Source of the DNA: Candidatus Staskawiczbacteria bacterium RIFCSPHIGHO2_02_FULL_43_16
GTDB lineage: Bacteria; Patescibacteriota; Minisyncoccia; Minisyncoccales; Staskawiczbacteraceae
Length of the DNA stretch: 64,000 nt
Direction: 5' to 3'
Assembly (NCBI GenBank): GCA_001821935.1
Contig: MHOU01000003.1
Location: 11,873-75,872 of the forward strand
Both the position numbers and the translations under genes were made by a program. Of the stretch, positions 26,364-34,980 are shown piece after piece (position 1 is the first letter of the stretch; the number at the start of each line of letters is the position of its first letter). The notes under the pieces were generated by a model. It did no database searches. It was given only the letters and a program-made list of their open reading frames with translations, and was not told the origin of the DNA.

Positions 26364-26762
26364 TCAAACATCTTGGACTGCATTAGGGAAATAATGGAGC
26401 TTGGCATTGCGGGTGGCTTCATTGACCAAAATGCCAATGACGTCAATTTGATAGGGGATATCTTGGGGATAGTTGTTTTTTTGCAGCCAAATCTGGGCCA
26501 TATTGCGCAACTTGCGCTGTTTTTTATAATCCACCCGCTCTTCGGGGAAAAAATCCTGCTGGCCGTTGCCCATAATGGCTTTCACTTCAACAAAATGGAT
26601 GGTTTTATCAAAGCGCGCAAAAAGCTTTTGCTTTTTGCGCGCGATAATATCAATTTCTCCAAACTTTATACTATAGTTTTTCCCCAAAATCTTAAACCCC
26701 TTCTTCACAAGATACTCACAGGCTATGCGCTCACCAAGCGCGCCTAATTCTTTAGTGGTCAT
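26364..26762 (-). CDS. yraN: YraN-family (UPF0102) endonuclease
   Basis: 132 aa. …GERIACEYLVKKGFKILGKNYSIKFGEIDIIARKK…HFVEVKA… matches the UPF0102 pattern. Confidence 0.8.
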   Translation of the reverse strand: MTTKELGALGERIACEYLVKKGFKILGKNYSIKFGEIDIIARKKQKLFARFDKTIHFVEVKAIMGNGQQDFFPEERVDYKKQRKLRNMAQIWLQKNNYPQDIPYQIDVIGILVNEATRNAKLHYFPNAVQDV

Positions 26763-27787
26763 TTCGCCGGATTAGTGATGGGCGGATAGAGCTGCTTATC
26801 AATGGTCCGGTCAAAACAGACCCGGCCGGCGGCATGGTCAAAGTTTTGCGAATACGCGTCGTAATAACCTGCCGGAACCGGCGCAGTTTTGGGATTATTG
26901 GCCATAGCCGCGGTTTCAAAGGTGGCACATAGTTCAAAACTCAAATTAGTCGCATCTTTGACAGTATACTCATATGGCAATTTAGTTTTGGGGTCAACGG
27001 GTACGGCGTAGCCGGAAATCGGATCATTTAAATCTTTCAAGTTGGTTGGCAATGCCTGTTTGCGCTGCCAATAATTGACTACTTGGTATTGAATACCCTG
27101 TAAATCATTAACGCGCTGCTGGTCAACCCTTGCCAAACCGGCGTTCATGGGAGAGCCGATAATAAAGAACGAACCAATAATGGCCAATGCCACCACCAAT
27201 GAAGAAACCCAAGCAAAATATTTGGCTGATGGCGAAGAAATATTCCTTCTGACATCATCTAAATAATAGCCAAAGATCGCCCCGGCTACCATGATAATGG
27301 AAAGAGCTTTTAAAATAAACCGTATGGTAACTTCGCCGTTTAAAAAGGTGTTAATGACAAACACCAGGTCACCAATGATGACCAGCGCAGCCACAAACAA
27401 GGTTAAGTAAATGAGCCACTTGCGGATTTTGCTTTCGCGCACGGCCGATTCTTTGGCGTAAATCCGGTTTAAAAACCAGGAAGACAAAATAAAAATTGGG
27501 AAAACAATAATGAGCGATGAAACGGCAAATCGCATAGACCCGGTTACACCCATGTAGCCATAATTTATAATATCCGGGAAAAAATAATTTAATGCTTCGT
27601 GGCACAGGGTAATAAAACTGATGGCTGACCAGTACAGGGTTACCATGGCCAGAAGATGCAAAAACACATCACGGGGCAAGTTTCTTTTTACCTCGCCCAT
27701 AGGCTCGCCCGTCGGGCTATGCCCCAAGGGGCTACGGCCGAGGGGGCCAGCTGTTAATTCGTTACTTGGAGTGATATTATTTTCCAT
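26759..27787 (-). CDS. Hypothetical polytopic membrane protein with a Pro/Gly-rich N-terminus
   Basis: About six TM helices. N-terminus …GPLGRSPLGHSPTGEPMGE… is encoded by a diverged, duplicated copy of the in-frame repeat. Confidence 0.55.
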   Translation of the reverse strand: MENNITPSNELTAGPLGRSPLGHSPTGEPMGEVKRNLPRDVFLHLLAMVTLYWSAISFITLCHEALNYFFPDIINYGYMGVTGSMRFAVSSLIIVFPIFILSSWFLNRIYAKESAVRESKIRKWLIYLTLFVAALVIIGDLVFVINTFLNGEVTIRFILKALSIIMVAGAIFGYYLDDVRRNISSPSAKYFAWVSSLVVALAIIGSFFIIGSPMNAGLARVDQQRVNDLQGIQYQVVNYWQRKQALPTNLKDLNDPISGYAVPVDPKTKLPYEYTVKDATNLSFELCATFETAAMANNPKTAPVPAGYYDAYSQNFDHAAGRVCFDRTIDKQLYPPITNPAK

Positions 27788-27913
27788 ATTTTTATCTCTT
27801 TAATGATATATATTGATTTTACCATACCATTTTTAACAATTAAATGCTATGATAGGGCATATAGGCAAAGGTCGCAGTTGCAATTCTAAAAAAATTAAGT
27901 TTTACTTAAAAAT

Positions 27914-28093
27914 ATGGACGAAGCACAAAAAGCTAAATTAGAAGCCACCTGCTCTTGCGGCTCCGGCAAAATGTACGGAGTTTGCTGTGGCAAAGAAGAA
28001 ATGTGTTTTTGCGGGTCAGGCAAAGCGGTCAAAGACTGCTGCATGGTAGCCCCAGAAGCGCACGGAGTTGATCCAAGCGCCGTTAAAGAATAA
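27914..28093 (+). CDS. Small SEC-C-motif (zinc-binding) protein, 59 aa; below the ORF-track length cutoff
   Basis: Two SEC-C-like repeats CSCGSGKMYGVCCG and CFCGSGKAVKDCCM (SecA C-terminal metal-binding motif, CxCGSGKKYKxCCG). ATG at 27914, TAA at 28091. A strong terminator follows. The annotated antisense 73-aa ORF is less plausible. Confidence 0.55.
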   Translation: MDEAQKAKLEATCSCGSGKMYGVCCGKEEMCFCGSGKAVKDCCMVAPEAHGVDPSAVKE

Positions 28094-28114
28094 GCCTTTC
28101 GCAACAAACAACAC

Positions 28115-28140
28115 AAAAAACCGCCTCGGCGGTTTTTTGT
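28115..28140. terminator. Bidirectional rho-independent terminator
   Basis: aaaaaaCCGCCtcgGCGGtttttt. Confidence 0.65.
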
Positions 28141-28145
28141 TTTTC

Positions 28146-28523
28146 TTAAAATTTGAATAATCGTTTCAGAAATCCTGCAAGCGTTTTCTTGGGGGCGGGC
28201 GCTGATTGAATAAATTTTAATTTGGGAGATCTTTTCAGCAAATCTTTTTCTACCTCAAGGGCATTTTCTTCTTGGCCTTCTCCCATTGCCCTGTCTAATT
28301 CTTCATACATTTCTGGCGGAATCTGAGGCACTTTTATCCTGGCTATTTTTTCTTTTTCTTCTAGTTCTTTCAATTCTTCGGGAGTTAAAACTTCAAACGG
28401 ATTGCCGTAGCGCGTTCCGTCTTCGTTTTTATCATCGGTTTCTCTTTCTTCAATGGGGCGCACAACAGGATTTCCCCCTGCCCCTTCCCTGTCTAGCCAT
28501 CGCTCCTTAAATTTTCCGATCAT
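28146..28523 (-). CDS. Hypothetical acidic protein
   Basis: 125 aa, E/K-rich. No family recognised. Confidence 0.45.
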   Translation of the reverse strand: MIGKFKERWLDREGAGGNPVVRPIEERETDDKNEDGTRYGNPFEVLTPEELKELEEKEKIARIKVPQIPPEMYEELDRAMGEGQEENALEVEKDLLKRSPKLKFIQSAPAPKKTLAGFLKRLFKF

Positions 28524-28524
28524 A

Positions 28525-28710
28525 TTATTTTTTGTAAAGACTCTCTATTTGTTTTTGAGTAAAATAATTACCCTTTTTAATTTCTTTTTTTGCCAGTTTC
28601 AATTTAGCAAGTAAAGTAGCGTCTTTGGAGACTGAATCATCCGAAACCGGTTTTTTAATTTGCATAAAAAGTATTGACAATAAGATTTTAATATAATAGC
28701 ATAGCCTCAA
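28525..28710 (-). CDS. Hypothetical small protein (start uncertain)
   Basis: 61-aa ORF abutting the previous gene (4-nt gap). K-rich helical C-terminus. Confidence 0.25.
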   Translation of the reverse strand: MRLCYYIKILLSILFMQIKKPVSDDSVSKDATLLAKLKLAKKEIKKGNYFTQKQIESLYKK

Positions 28711-28724
28711 GGAAGATGCTCTTA

Positions 28725-28797
28725 GCCTCTGTGGTCCAATTGGTCAGGACGCTACCTAGTCACGGTAGAGGTATAGGTTCGAATCCTATCAGGGGAG
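28725..28797 (+). tRNA. tRNA-Asp (GTC) with a G1-A72 mismatch
   Basis: Acceptor GCCTCTG/CAGGGGA (G1-A72 mispair, T4-G69 wobble). D-stem GTCC/GGAC. Anticodon stem CTACC/GGTAG with loop TAGTCAC (GTC). T-arm ATAGGTTCGAATCCTAT. Confidence 0.6.
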
Positions 28798-28822
28798 TTT
28801 CAAAAACCAGAACATCATTCAA

Positions 28823-28862
28823 AGGCCTTGCTATTCTTTCAGCAAGACCTTCTTTTTTTGCA
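28823..28862 (+). terminator. Terminator-like hairpin plus T-run after tRNA-Asp
   Basis: GGCCTTGCTattctttcAGCAAGaCCttcttttttt. Confidence 0.5.
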
Positions 28863-29010
28863 AAACGAAGCGAGGGTGTATTGTTCAAGGGACGCTTCGG
28901 AAGCGATTTTGCATGGTTCGCCGATGAGGCGAAAAATCGCTGAGACGCGAACTGTGATTTTGCGCTGGCAAAATCAACAGTGACCCTTGAGCAATATACC
29001 CGAGCGCAGC
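28863..29010. other. Highly structured intergenic segment (three consecutive stem-loops); candidate small RNA or complex terminator region
   Basis: GAAGCG…CGCTTC; AGCGATTTTgcatggTTCGCCgatgaGGCGAAAAATCGCT (nested); ACTGTGATTTTGCgctgGCAAAATCAACAGT. No protein-coding potential seen. Confidence 0.3.
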
Positions 29011-30479
29011 TATTTCACCCAATATTTCTTCTTAGTACTCTCATCTTGCTCCGTCTGCACTTCTGATTTTTCTTCTTTGCTCTTTCCAGCTAACTCTTTT
29101 AACTTTTTATCATCTATCGCACCCAAAGCTAAAATTTCTTTTTCTAACAATACCTTAGTGTTTTTTTTAGGGTCGTCTAACACATAACCTAATAGGACAT
29201 CTAATATTTGTCCTATCTTCGGTCCGGGTTCTATCTTTAATACATCCATCACGCTTTTTCCATCAACTTTTAGCATTTTCACTGAAATAGGATCTTTGGA
29301 AACCTTTTCTATAATGTATTTTAAGTGGCGCAGTTTATAAGGTTCTGCCTTGGGCACCCCGCTGCCAATTCTATCCGCCTCACGAAGCTGTAAGAGTTCT
29401 TCCATATTTTCCGGACCCATATTTTTTACCAGGCGCCGCACCGAAGATTCTGAAACTTCGTCCACATTGTAATAAAACATGTGGTATTTTATCAGCTTTA
29501 CAATCTTTTCAATATCTTTTTTGGAGAATTTCAAACGATCTAAAATAGTATAAGCCATTTTTGCCCCCACCACTTCATGGTTGTAAAAGGTAGACTCTTT
29601 GCCATCGCCAACCTTCACCCTGGGCTTGCCAACATCATGCAAAAGCGCTGCAAGCCGTACCTGCATATTGAATTTCTTTTTTGCGGTGTATTCCAAGGCC
29701 TTTAAGGCGTGTTGGTAACAATCATAAATGTGATGCTTATTCTGGCCAACACCGTAATTTTCCAGAAGCTCCGGCACGATAAATTTCAGTAAATCCATTT
29801 GGCGCAACAGCTCAACACCATCGGCGGCACGGTCAGCCATAATGGTTTTTACGAATTCATCCCGGATTCTTTCTTGTGAAACTTTTGCCAGCCACTGGCT
29901 GTGTTTTTTAATGGCCGTGGCAGTTTCCGGCTCAATTTCAAAATTCAACACGGTAGCCAGCCTTACCGCCCGCAACATCCGCAAAGCATCTTCAGAAAAT
30001 CTTTCATCCGGATTTCCCACGGCCCGAATTATTTTCTTTTTTAAGTCTTCCTTCCCTTCAAACAAATCCGTTATTTCTTTTTTCTCATTCATTGCCATGG
30101 CATTTACCGTAAAGTCACGGCGAGCCAAATCTTCTTCCAGTGTTTTTGCGTACTGCAATGTATCGGGGTGTCGTTTGTCTGAATATTCAGCTTCCAGGCG
30201 ATAGGTAGTCACCTCAACAATACCAATATCTGTTTGCACTCCAACCGTCAGAAAATTATTTTCATAAAAACTATCAGGAAATACTTTTTGGATTTCTTCG
30301 GGCTTGGCATTGGTAGTTACGTCCCAATCGTTCGGCTCCACCCCAACCAAAAAATCGCGGACACAACCGCCCACAATGTAAGCTTCAAAGCCCGCCTTTT
30401 TTAACTCTGTCAAAATATTTTTTACTTCTTTGGGAATAACCATTATGGTTATGCTATCGTAAAAATTGATTAATTTCAA
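29010..30479 (-). CDS. cca: CCA-adding tRNA nucleotidyltransferase with C-terminal HD domain
   Basis: Pol-beta-like head GGCVRDFLVGVEPNDWDVTT, HD motif LLHDVGKP. 489 aa. Confidence 0.85.
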   Translation of the reverse strand: MKLINFYDSITIMVIPKEVKNILTELKKAGFEAYIVGGCVRDFLVGVEPNDWDVTTNAKPEEIQKVFPDSFYENNFLTVGVQTDIGIVEVTTYRLEAEYSDKRHPDTLQYAKTLEEDLARRDFTVNAMAMNEKKEITDLFEGKEDLKKKIIRAVGNPDERFSEDALRMLRAVRLATVLNFEIEPETATAIKKHSQWLAKVSQERIRDEFVKTIMADRAADGVELLRQMDLLKFIVPELLENYGVGQNKHHIYDCYQHALKALEYTAKKKFNMQVRLAALLHDVGKPRVKVGDGKESTFYNHEVVGAKMAYTILDRLKFSKKDIEKIVKLIKYHMFYYNVDEVSESSVRRLVKNMGPENMEELLQLREADRIGSGVPKAEPYKLRHLKYIIEKVSKDPISVKMLKVDGKSVMDVLKIEPGPKIGQILDVLLGYVLDDPKKNTKVLLEKEILALGAIDDKKLKELAGKSKEEKSEVQTEQDESTKKKYWVK

Positions 30480-30515
30480 ATATTCTGGTAAAATAACACA
30501 ACGGTTTGATTTCCC

Positions 30516-30587
30516 GCTCCCGTGGTGAAATGGATATCACGACAGGCTTCGAACCTGTTATTGGGAGTTCGAATCTCTCCGGGAGCA
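30516..30587 (+). tRNA. tRNA-Arg (TCG)
   Basis: Acceptor GCTCCCG/CGGGAGC. Anticodon stem ACAGG/CCTGT with loop CTTCGAA (TCG). T-arm GGGAGTTCGAATCTCTC. Confidence 0.8.
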
Positions 30588-30615
30588 CCCTTCGATAAAC
30601 TCAGGGTAAACCATT

Positions 30616-31134
30616 ATGAAAAAAATTTTACCAATATTTTTACTATCATTCGCCTTTTTGTTTTTACTTTCCACCACAAGCTACGCGGCCAATTTGTGCG
30701 ATGAATCGGTAAAGCGGGGATCAAACGGAATTGTCCCATGCGGACGCGGCGGTTGTTTTGACCCTGCTACCTGCGTCAACCCAAATACTGGCGAAGTGGC
30801 TGCCTGCGACACCCCTGGGGCTGTTTACAAAACCGTAACTTGCAGCGCCGAATTCACCAGAAAATGCAATTGCACAATAGACCACTTCTTTTTAATGGTA
30901 AGAAGTATTTACATATTCATCACCTGGTTTTTAGCTATCCCGCTGGCGGGACTATTGATTGTCATCGGAGGAGTCATTATGCTGGTTTCTGGCGGTAACC
31001 CGGGGATGTTTGATAAAGGAAAAACTGTCTTGTGGGGGGCCGCCTGGGGGCTTATCTTGGTCTTTGGCGCCTGGTTGGTAGTCAACATTATTTTCATGGC
31101 GCTGGGATACGCCGGTTCGTGGTTCGCGTTTTAA
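30616..31134 (+). CDS. Secreted Cys-rich protein with two C-terminal TM helices; VirB2/TrbC-pilin-like topology
   Basis: Signal peptide, Cys-rich ~70-aa domain, then LAIPLAGLLIVIGGVIMLVSGGNPGMFDKGKTVLWGAAWGLILVFGAWLVVNIIF (two helices separated by a short charged loop). Sits between two tRNAs. Confidence 0.45.
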   Translation: MKKILPIFLLSFAFLFLLSTTSYAANLCDESVKRGSNGIVPCGRGGCFDPATCVNPNTGEVAACDTPGAVYKTVTCSAEFTRKCNCTIDHFFLMVRSIYIFITWFLAIPLAGLLIVIGGVIMLVSGGNPGMFDKGKTVLWGAAWGLILVFGAWLVVNIIFMALGYAGSWFAF

Positions 31135-31139
31135 GACAG

Positions 31140-31212
31140 GCCTCCATAGCTCAACTGGTAGAGCAGGACCCTCTTAAGGTCAAGGTTTCAGGTTCGAGCC
31201 CTGATGGAGGCA
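31140..31212 (+). tRNA. tRNA-Lys (CTT)
   Basis: Acceptor GCCTCCA/TGGAGGC. D-arm TAGCTCAACTGGTAGAGCA. Anticodon loop CTCTTAA (CTT). T-arm TCAGGTTCGAGCCCTGA. Confidence 0.8.
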
Positions 31213-31279
31213 CACATTTTGCTGGACAATTAGGGTAAAATATATTATACTAGCCCTATCAATAATTAAATTAATCATT

Positions 31280-31549
31280 ATGTCGCTAAAAAAGGAAAAA
31301 AAGATAAAAATTATCAAAGACTTGGCCATTAACGAAAAAGATACTGGTTCAGCAGACGTGCAAGTCGGGCTGCTTTCCGAAGAAATGGAAAAATTGGTTG
31401 GCCACTTAAAAGACCATCCCAAAGACCTGCACTCAAAACGGGGATTGATTGGCATGGTGGTAAAACGGAAAAAACTGCTGGCTTATTTGAAGAAAGACAA
31501 CGAAAAAAGATATAACGAAGTCATCAAAAAAATCGGTTTGAAAAAGTAA
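31280..31549 (+). CDS. rpsO: 30S ribosomal protein S15
   Basis: 89 aa. …TGSADVQVGLLSEEMEKLVGHLKDHPKDLHSKRGLIGMVVKRKKLLAYLKKDNEKRY… is the S15 signature. Confidence 0.9.
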   Translation: MSLKKEKKIKIIKDLAINEKDTGSADVQVGLLSEEMEKLVGHLKDHPKDLHSKRGLIGMVVKRKKLLAYLKKDNEKRYNEVIKKIGLKK

Positions 31550-31558
31550 GCACTTTTA

Positions 31559-32086
31559 GTGCTTCTTTTTGTTATTAAAGATATGGCCGTAAAACCAAAA
31601 GAACAACGAGTGGAAATATTGATAGACGTGCAGAATTTGTATTATTCGGCGCGAAATTTGTATTCCAAAAAAGTAAATTTCGGCAAGGTGCTGGAAGAGG
31701 GCGTGGCAGGAAGAAAGTTTATCCGATCATTTGCTTACGTGGTGCGAACTAAAACCGGCGAAGAAAAGCCTTTTTTTGAAGCGCTTACTAAGTTAGGCAT
31801 TGAAACCCGGGTGCGCGATTTGCAAGAATTTTATGACGGCACCAAAAAAGCGGATTGGGATGTGGGAATTGTGATTGACGCCATTAGGACAGCATCAAGT
31901 TTAGATGTGATTGTGCTGGCTTCCGGCGATGGTGATTTTATTCCCCTGGTTGAATATTTAAAAAACCAGGGCAAGCGGGTTGAAGTAATGGCATTTGGCA
32001 AAACCACCTCATCAAGATTAAAGGAAGCGGCTGACGAATTTATAGATTTGGATTTTGGACTAGAAAAGTTTTTATTAAAAAAGTAA
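31559..32086 (+). CDS. NYN-domain (LabA-like) protein
   Basis: ILIDVQNLYYSA… and LASGDGDFIPLVEYLKNQGKRVEV, the NYN/LabA acidic-residue pattern. Inserted between rpsO and pnp. Confidence 0.65.
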   Translation: MLLFVIKDMAVKPKEQRVEILIDVQNLYYSARNLYSKKVNFGKVLEEGVAGRKFIRSFAYVVRTKTGEEKPFFEALTKLGIETRVRDLQEFYDGTKKADWDVGIVIDAIRTASSLDVIVLASGDGDFIPLVEYLKNQGKRVEVMAFGKTTSSRLKEAADEFIDLDFGLEKFLLKK

Positions 32087-32094
32087 TTAATCGG

Positions 32095-32165
32095 CGATCC
32101 TAATTTACGAATAGCATCCGAATGCTCCGAATACATTATTCGGATAATTCGGATGAAGATTCGGA
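32095..32165. repeat. Inverted arrays of heptamer repeats (TCCGAAT x3 then ATTCGGA x3)
   Basis: tttacgaatagcatccgaatgctccgaatacattattcggataattcggatgaagattcggatcatt, 3' of the NYN gene. Confidence 0.6.
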
Positions 32166-32188
32166 TCATTAGCCTCGCTTCAAAATAA

Positions 32189-34306
32189 ATGCAAAAGGAT
32201 GTATTTGAGTTAGAAATTGGGGGCAGGCTGATGAAAATCAAGATCACCGACTGGGCTTCGCAGGCCTCGGGGTCTTGTTTGATTAGTTATGGAGATACCG
32301 AACTGATCGCCACGGCAACCGTGAGCAATAAAGACGTTTCGGGACAAGATTTTTTCCCGCTAAGCGTGGACTACGAAGAAAAGTTTTACGCCGCCGGAAA
32401 AATTTATGGCAGCCGTTTTTTAAAACGCGAAAGCCGGCCAACCGATGATGCCATTTTAACTTCACGAATGATAGACCGAGCCGTGCGGCCACTTTTCCCT
32501 AAAGATTTCAAAAAAGAAGTTCAGGTTATTACCACCTGCCTTTCGTGGGACGGCGAAAACGATCCTGATCTTTTTGGCATGATTGGTGCTTCGTTTGCTC
32601 TGGCAAGCTCGCCTATTCCGTGGAACGGCCCACTGGCCGCGGTGCGTGTGGGCAAAGTAGGTGGAAATTTTATCATCAACCCAACGTACGCTCAGCGCGC
32701 CGAAGGCTCTATGGACCTAACCCTGGCCGCATTGGAACGCGATGGCAAGGTGCTCATCAACATGGTTGAAATGGGCGCCAAAGAAGTGATGGAAGAAGAT
32801 GTGGTGGCGGCCATGGAATTTGCCGGAAAAACTCTGCACCAGATTATTGAATTCCAAAAAGACATTGTCAAAAAAATCGGTAAAGAAAAAGTGGTCTTTG
32901 AAGCGGCGGTTCATTTGGATGTGCAAAAAGATATTGAAGATTTGCTGGGCAATCGGTTGGAGCAGGCCATTACGGGGGCACCCAAAGGAGAAAAAAATAT
33001 GGACGGCGTGGACGCGCTTAAAAAAGAGTGCGTGGACATGGTCAAAGAAAAATACCCGGACCAAGGCAAAGAAAAACAGGTATTATATTTTTTTGAAAAG
33101 GAAACAGAAAAAATACTTATCCACAATATTTTAGAAAAAAACCAGCGGCCCGATGGCAGAACTCCGGAAGAAATCCGTCCCCTGTGGTGCGAAGTGGCCG
33201 TGTTGCCGCGCACCCACGGCAGTGGAGTCTTCCACCGTGGACTGACTAAAATTTTGTCTATTTTAACCCTGGGCGGCCCGGGAGACCAGCAAATTTTAGA
33301 AGGCATGGAAATTGTGGGCAAAAAACGCTTCATGCACCACTATAATTTCCCGCCATTCTCCACCGGTGAAACCGGCTTTATGCGCGGTCCAAAACGGCGT
33401 GAAATCGGCCACGGCCACTTGGCGGAAAAAGCCTTGCTGCCATTAATCCCCGATCCGAAAGATTTCCCCTATACTATCAGAATTGTATCCGAAGCTTTGA
33501 GCAGTAACGGATCAACTTCCATGGCTTCCGTGTGCGCCGCTTCCATTGCTTTGATGGACGCGGGTGTGCCCATCAAAGAACCGGTAGCCGGCATTTCCAT
33601 CGGACTGGCCAAAAACGAAGAGACGGGAAAATATAAAGTTTTGACCGACATCCAGGGCCCGGAGGACCATTTTGGCGATATGGATTTTAAAGTGGCTGGC
33701 ACCAAAAACGGTATTACCGCCATTCAGATGGATGTTAAAATTGACGGCATCAATATGGACATTGTCAAAGAGGCTTTACAAAAAGCAAAAGATGCAAGAT
33801 TTAAAATTCTTGATATAATAAAGCAGGGCATTGCCGAGCCGCGCAAAAACCTTTCGGTGTACGCGCCCAAGATGCTTTCCCTGCAAATTAATCCGGCCAA
33901 GATTGGCGAAGTAGTGGGCCCTAAGGGAAGTGTAATCAATAAACTGATTGAGGAATTTGGCGTGACCATTGATATTGAAGACTCCGGTCTGGTGTTCATC
34001 ACCGGCGACAAGCAAGAAGGTGTTGATGGCGCGGCAGACAAAATCCGCAGCATCGCCCGCGAAATTGTGATTGGCGAAGTCTTCCAGGGAACGGTGCGCA
34101 AGATTATGGAATTTGGCGCCTTTGTTGATATTTTACCGGGACAATCGGGCTTGGTGCATATCTCAAAATTTGTGCCGGGCAAAATTAATAGCGTCAAAGA
34201 TGTGGTAAAAGAGGGCGATATCATCCCGGTAAAAGTGGTTGAAATTGACGCCATGGGCCGCCTGAACTTATCAGCCATTGACGCGGGGTTTAAACCTAAG
34301 AAATAG
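32189..34306 (+). CDS. pnp: Polynucleotide phosphorylase
   Basis: 705 aa. Two RNase PH domains, then KH and S1 domains. rpsO-pnp synteny. Confidence 0.9.
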   Translation: MQKDVFELEIGGRLMKIKITDWASQASGSCLISYGDTELIATATVSNKDVSGQDFFPLSVDYEEKFYAAGKIYGSRFLKRESRPTDDAILTSRMIDRAVRPLFPKDFKKEVQVITTCLSWDGENDPDLFGMIGASFALASSPIPWNGPLAAVRVGKVGGNFIINPTYAQRAEGSMDLTLAALERDGKVLINMVEMGAKEVMEEDVVAAMEFAGKTLHQIIEFQKDIVKKIGKEKVVFEAAVHLDVQKDIEDLLGNRLEQAITGAPKGEKNMDGVDALKKECVDMVKEKYPDQGKEKQVLYFFEKETEKILIHNILEKNQRPDGRTPEEIRPLWCEVAVLPRTHGSGVFHRGLTKILSILTLGGPGDQQILEGMEIVGKKRFMHHYNFPPFSTGETGFMRGPKRREIGHGHLAEKALLPLIPDPKDFPYTIRIVSEALSSNGSTSMASVCAASIALMDAGVPIKEPVAGISIGLAKNEETGKYKVLTDIQGPEDHFGDMDFKVAGTKNGITAIQMDVKIDGINMDIVKEALQKAKDARFKILDIIKQGIAEPRKNLSVYAPKMLSLQINPAKIGEVVGPKGSVINKLIEEFGVTIDIEDSGLVFITGDKQEGVDGAADKIRSIAREIVIGEVFQGTVRKIMEFGAFVDILPGQSGLVHISKFVPGKINSVKDVVKEGDIIPVKVVEIDAMGRLNLSAIDAGFKPKK

Positions 34307-34380
34307 GTGTTAGGTAATAGGTGTTAGGTGTTAGCCGAACGCGGCGCACTAATACCCAACACCAAGCACCCAACACCCAT
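34307..34380. repeat. Inverted arrays of heptamer repeats (TAGGTGT x4 then ACACC-type x4)
   Basis: taggtgttaggtaataggtgttaggtgttagcc … taatacccaacaccaagcacccaacaccc, immediately 3' of pnp. Confidence 0.6.
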
Positions 34381-34971
34381 ATGGAGCCACAGGGCAAAAT
34401 TTTGTTCAAAAGAACCGATATCGTCACCATGCGAAAGGACATTAAGATGTTGCGGGAATTTGATACGCAAAAAGAGGCTGAAAAAATTGTTACGCCCGCA
34501 TCTGCAAATCCGGCAGAGGCCATGGAAATAGAAAAACAAAGAGCATTCACCCTGAAAACAGAAAAGGAGCAGGTGGAAGCTACATTAAAGCAGCTTGAAG
34601 CTAGCAAAGAATCTGTGTTGACCAAAGAAAAAGAACAGCCTGCGGCAGTGTCAAAAAATGTACAGTTAGACGAAATGGAAAAAAGGCGCTGGGCAGCCGA
34701 ACGAAGCGCCCTGGAAGCGAAAAAGCGAGCCAATGAAGTGGAGGCAAAAAACAAAGAAGCAGAACGCCAAAAAATCCAGCTTCAGGAAAAAATCGCTCAA
34801 ACCAACGATGCTTTGCAAGCAGCCAGCGCCGCTATCAACAAACAAAAAAACCAGCCCGCCCAGCCTGTCCAGCCTGCTTCTAGTCCTGCTCCGGTTGGCG
34901 AAAACGAGCGCCGAAAAAAATTCATGGAAGACATTGAAGCTTGGGCGAATTCCGCGGATAAAAAATCTTAA
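34381..34971 (+). CDS. Hypothetical coiled-coil protein (start taken at MEPQGK, downstream of the repeat array)
   Basis: E/K/Q-rich helical protein. The annotated longer start would translate the heptamer repeat array. Confidence 0.5.
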   Translation: MEPQGKILFKRTDIVTMRKDIKMLREFDTQKEAEKIVTPASANPAEAMEIEKQRAFTLKTEKEQVEATLKQLEASKESVLTKEKEQPAAVSKNVQLDEMEKRRWAAERSALEAKKRANEVEAKNKEAERQKIQLQEKIAQTNDALQAASAAINKQKNQPAQPVQPASSPAPVGENERRKKFMEDIEAWANSADKKS

Positions 34972-34980
34972 TATAAAAAT

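Noticed and set aside
28716-28943. ORF 28716..28943 (+)
   Set aside because: Reads through tRNA-Asp and the downstream terminator and hairpins; spurious.
28863-29010. SRP (4.5S) RNA or RNase P RNA in the structured segment after tRNA-Asp
   Set aside because: No GGAAGCAGC-type domain IV motif or P4 consensus found by eye. Retained only as an unassigned structured region.
30522-30704. ORF 30522..30704 (+)
   Set aside because: Overlaps tRNA-Arg(TCG) and the 5' end of the well-supported 30616 gene.
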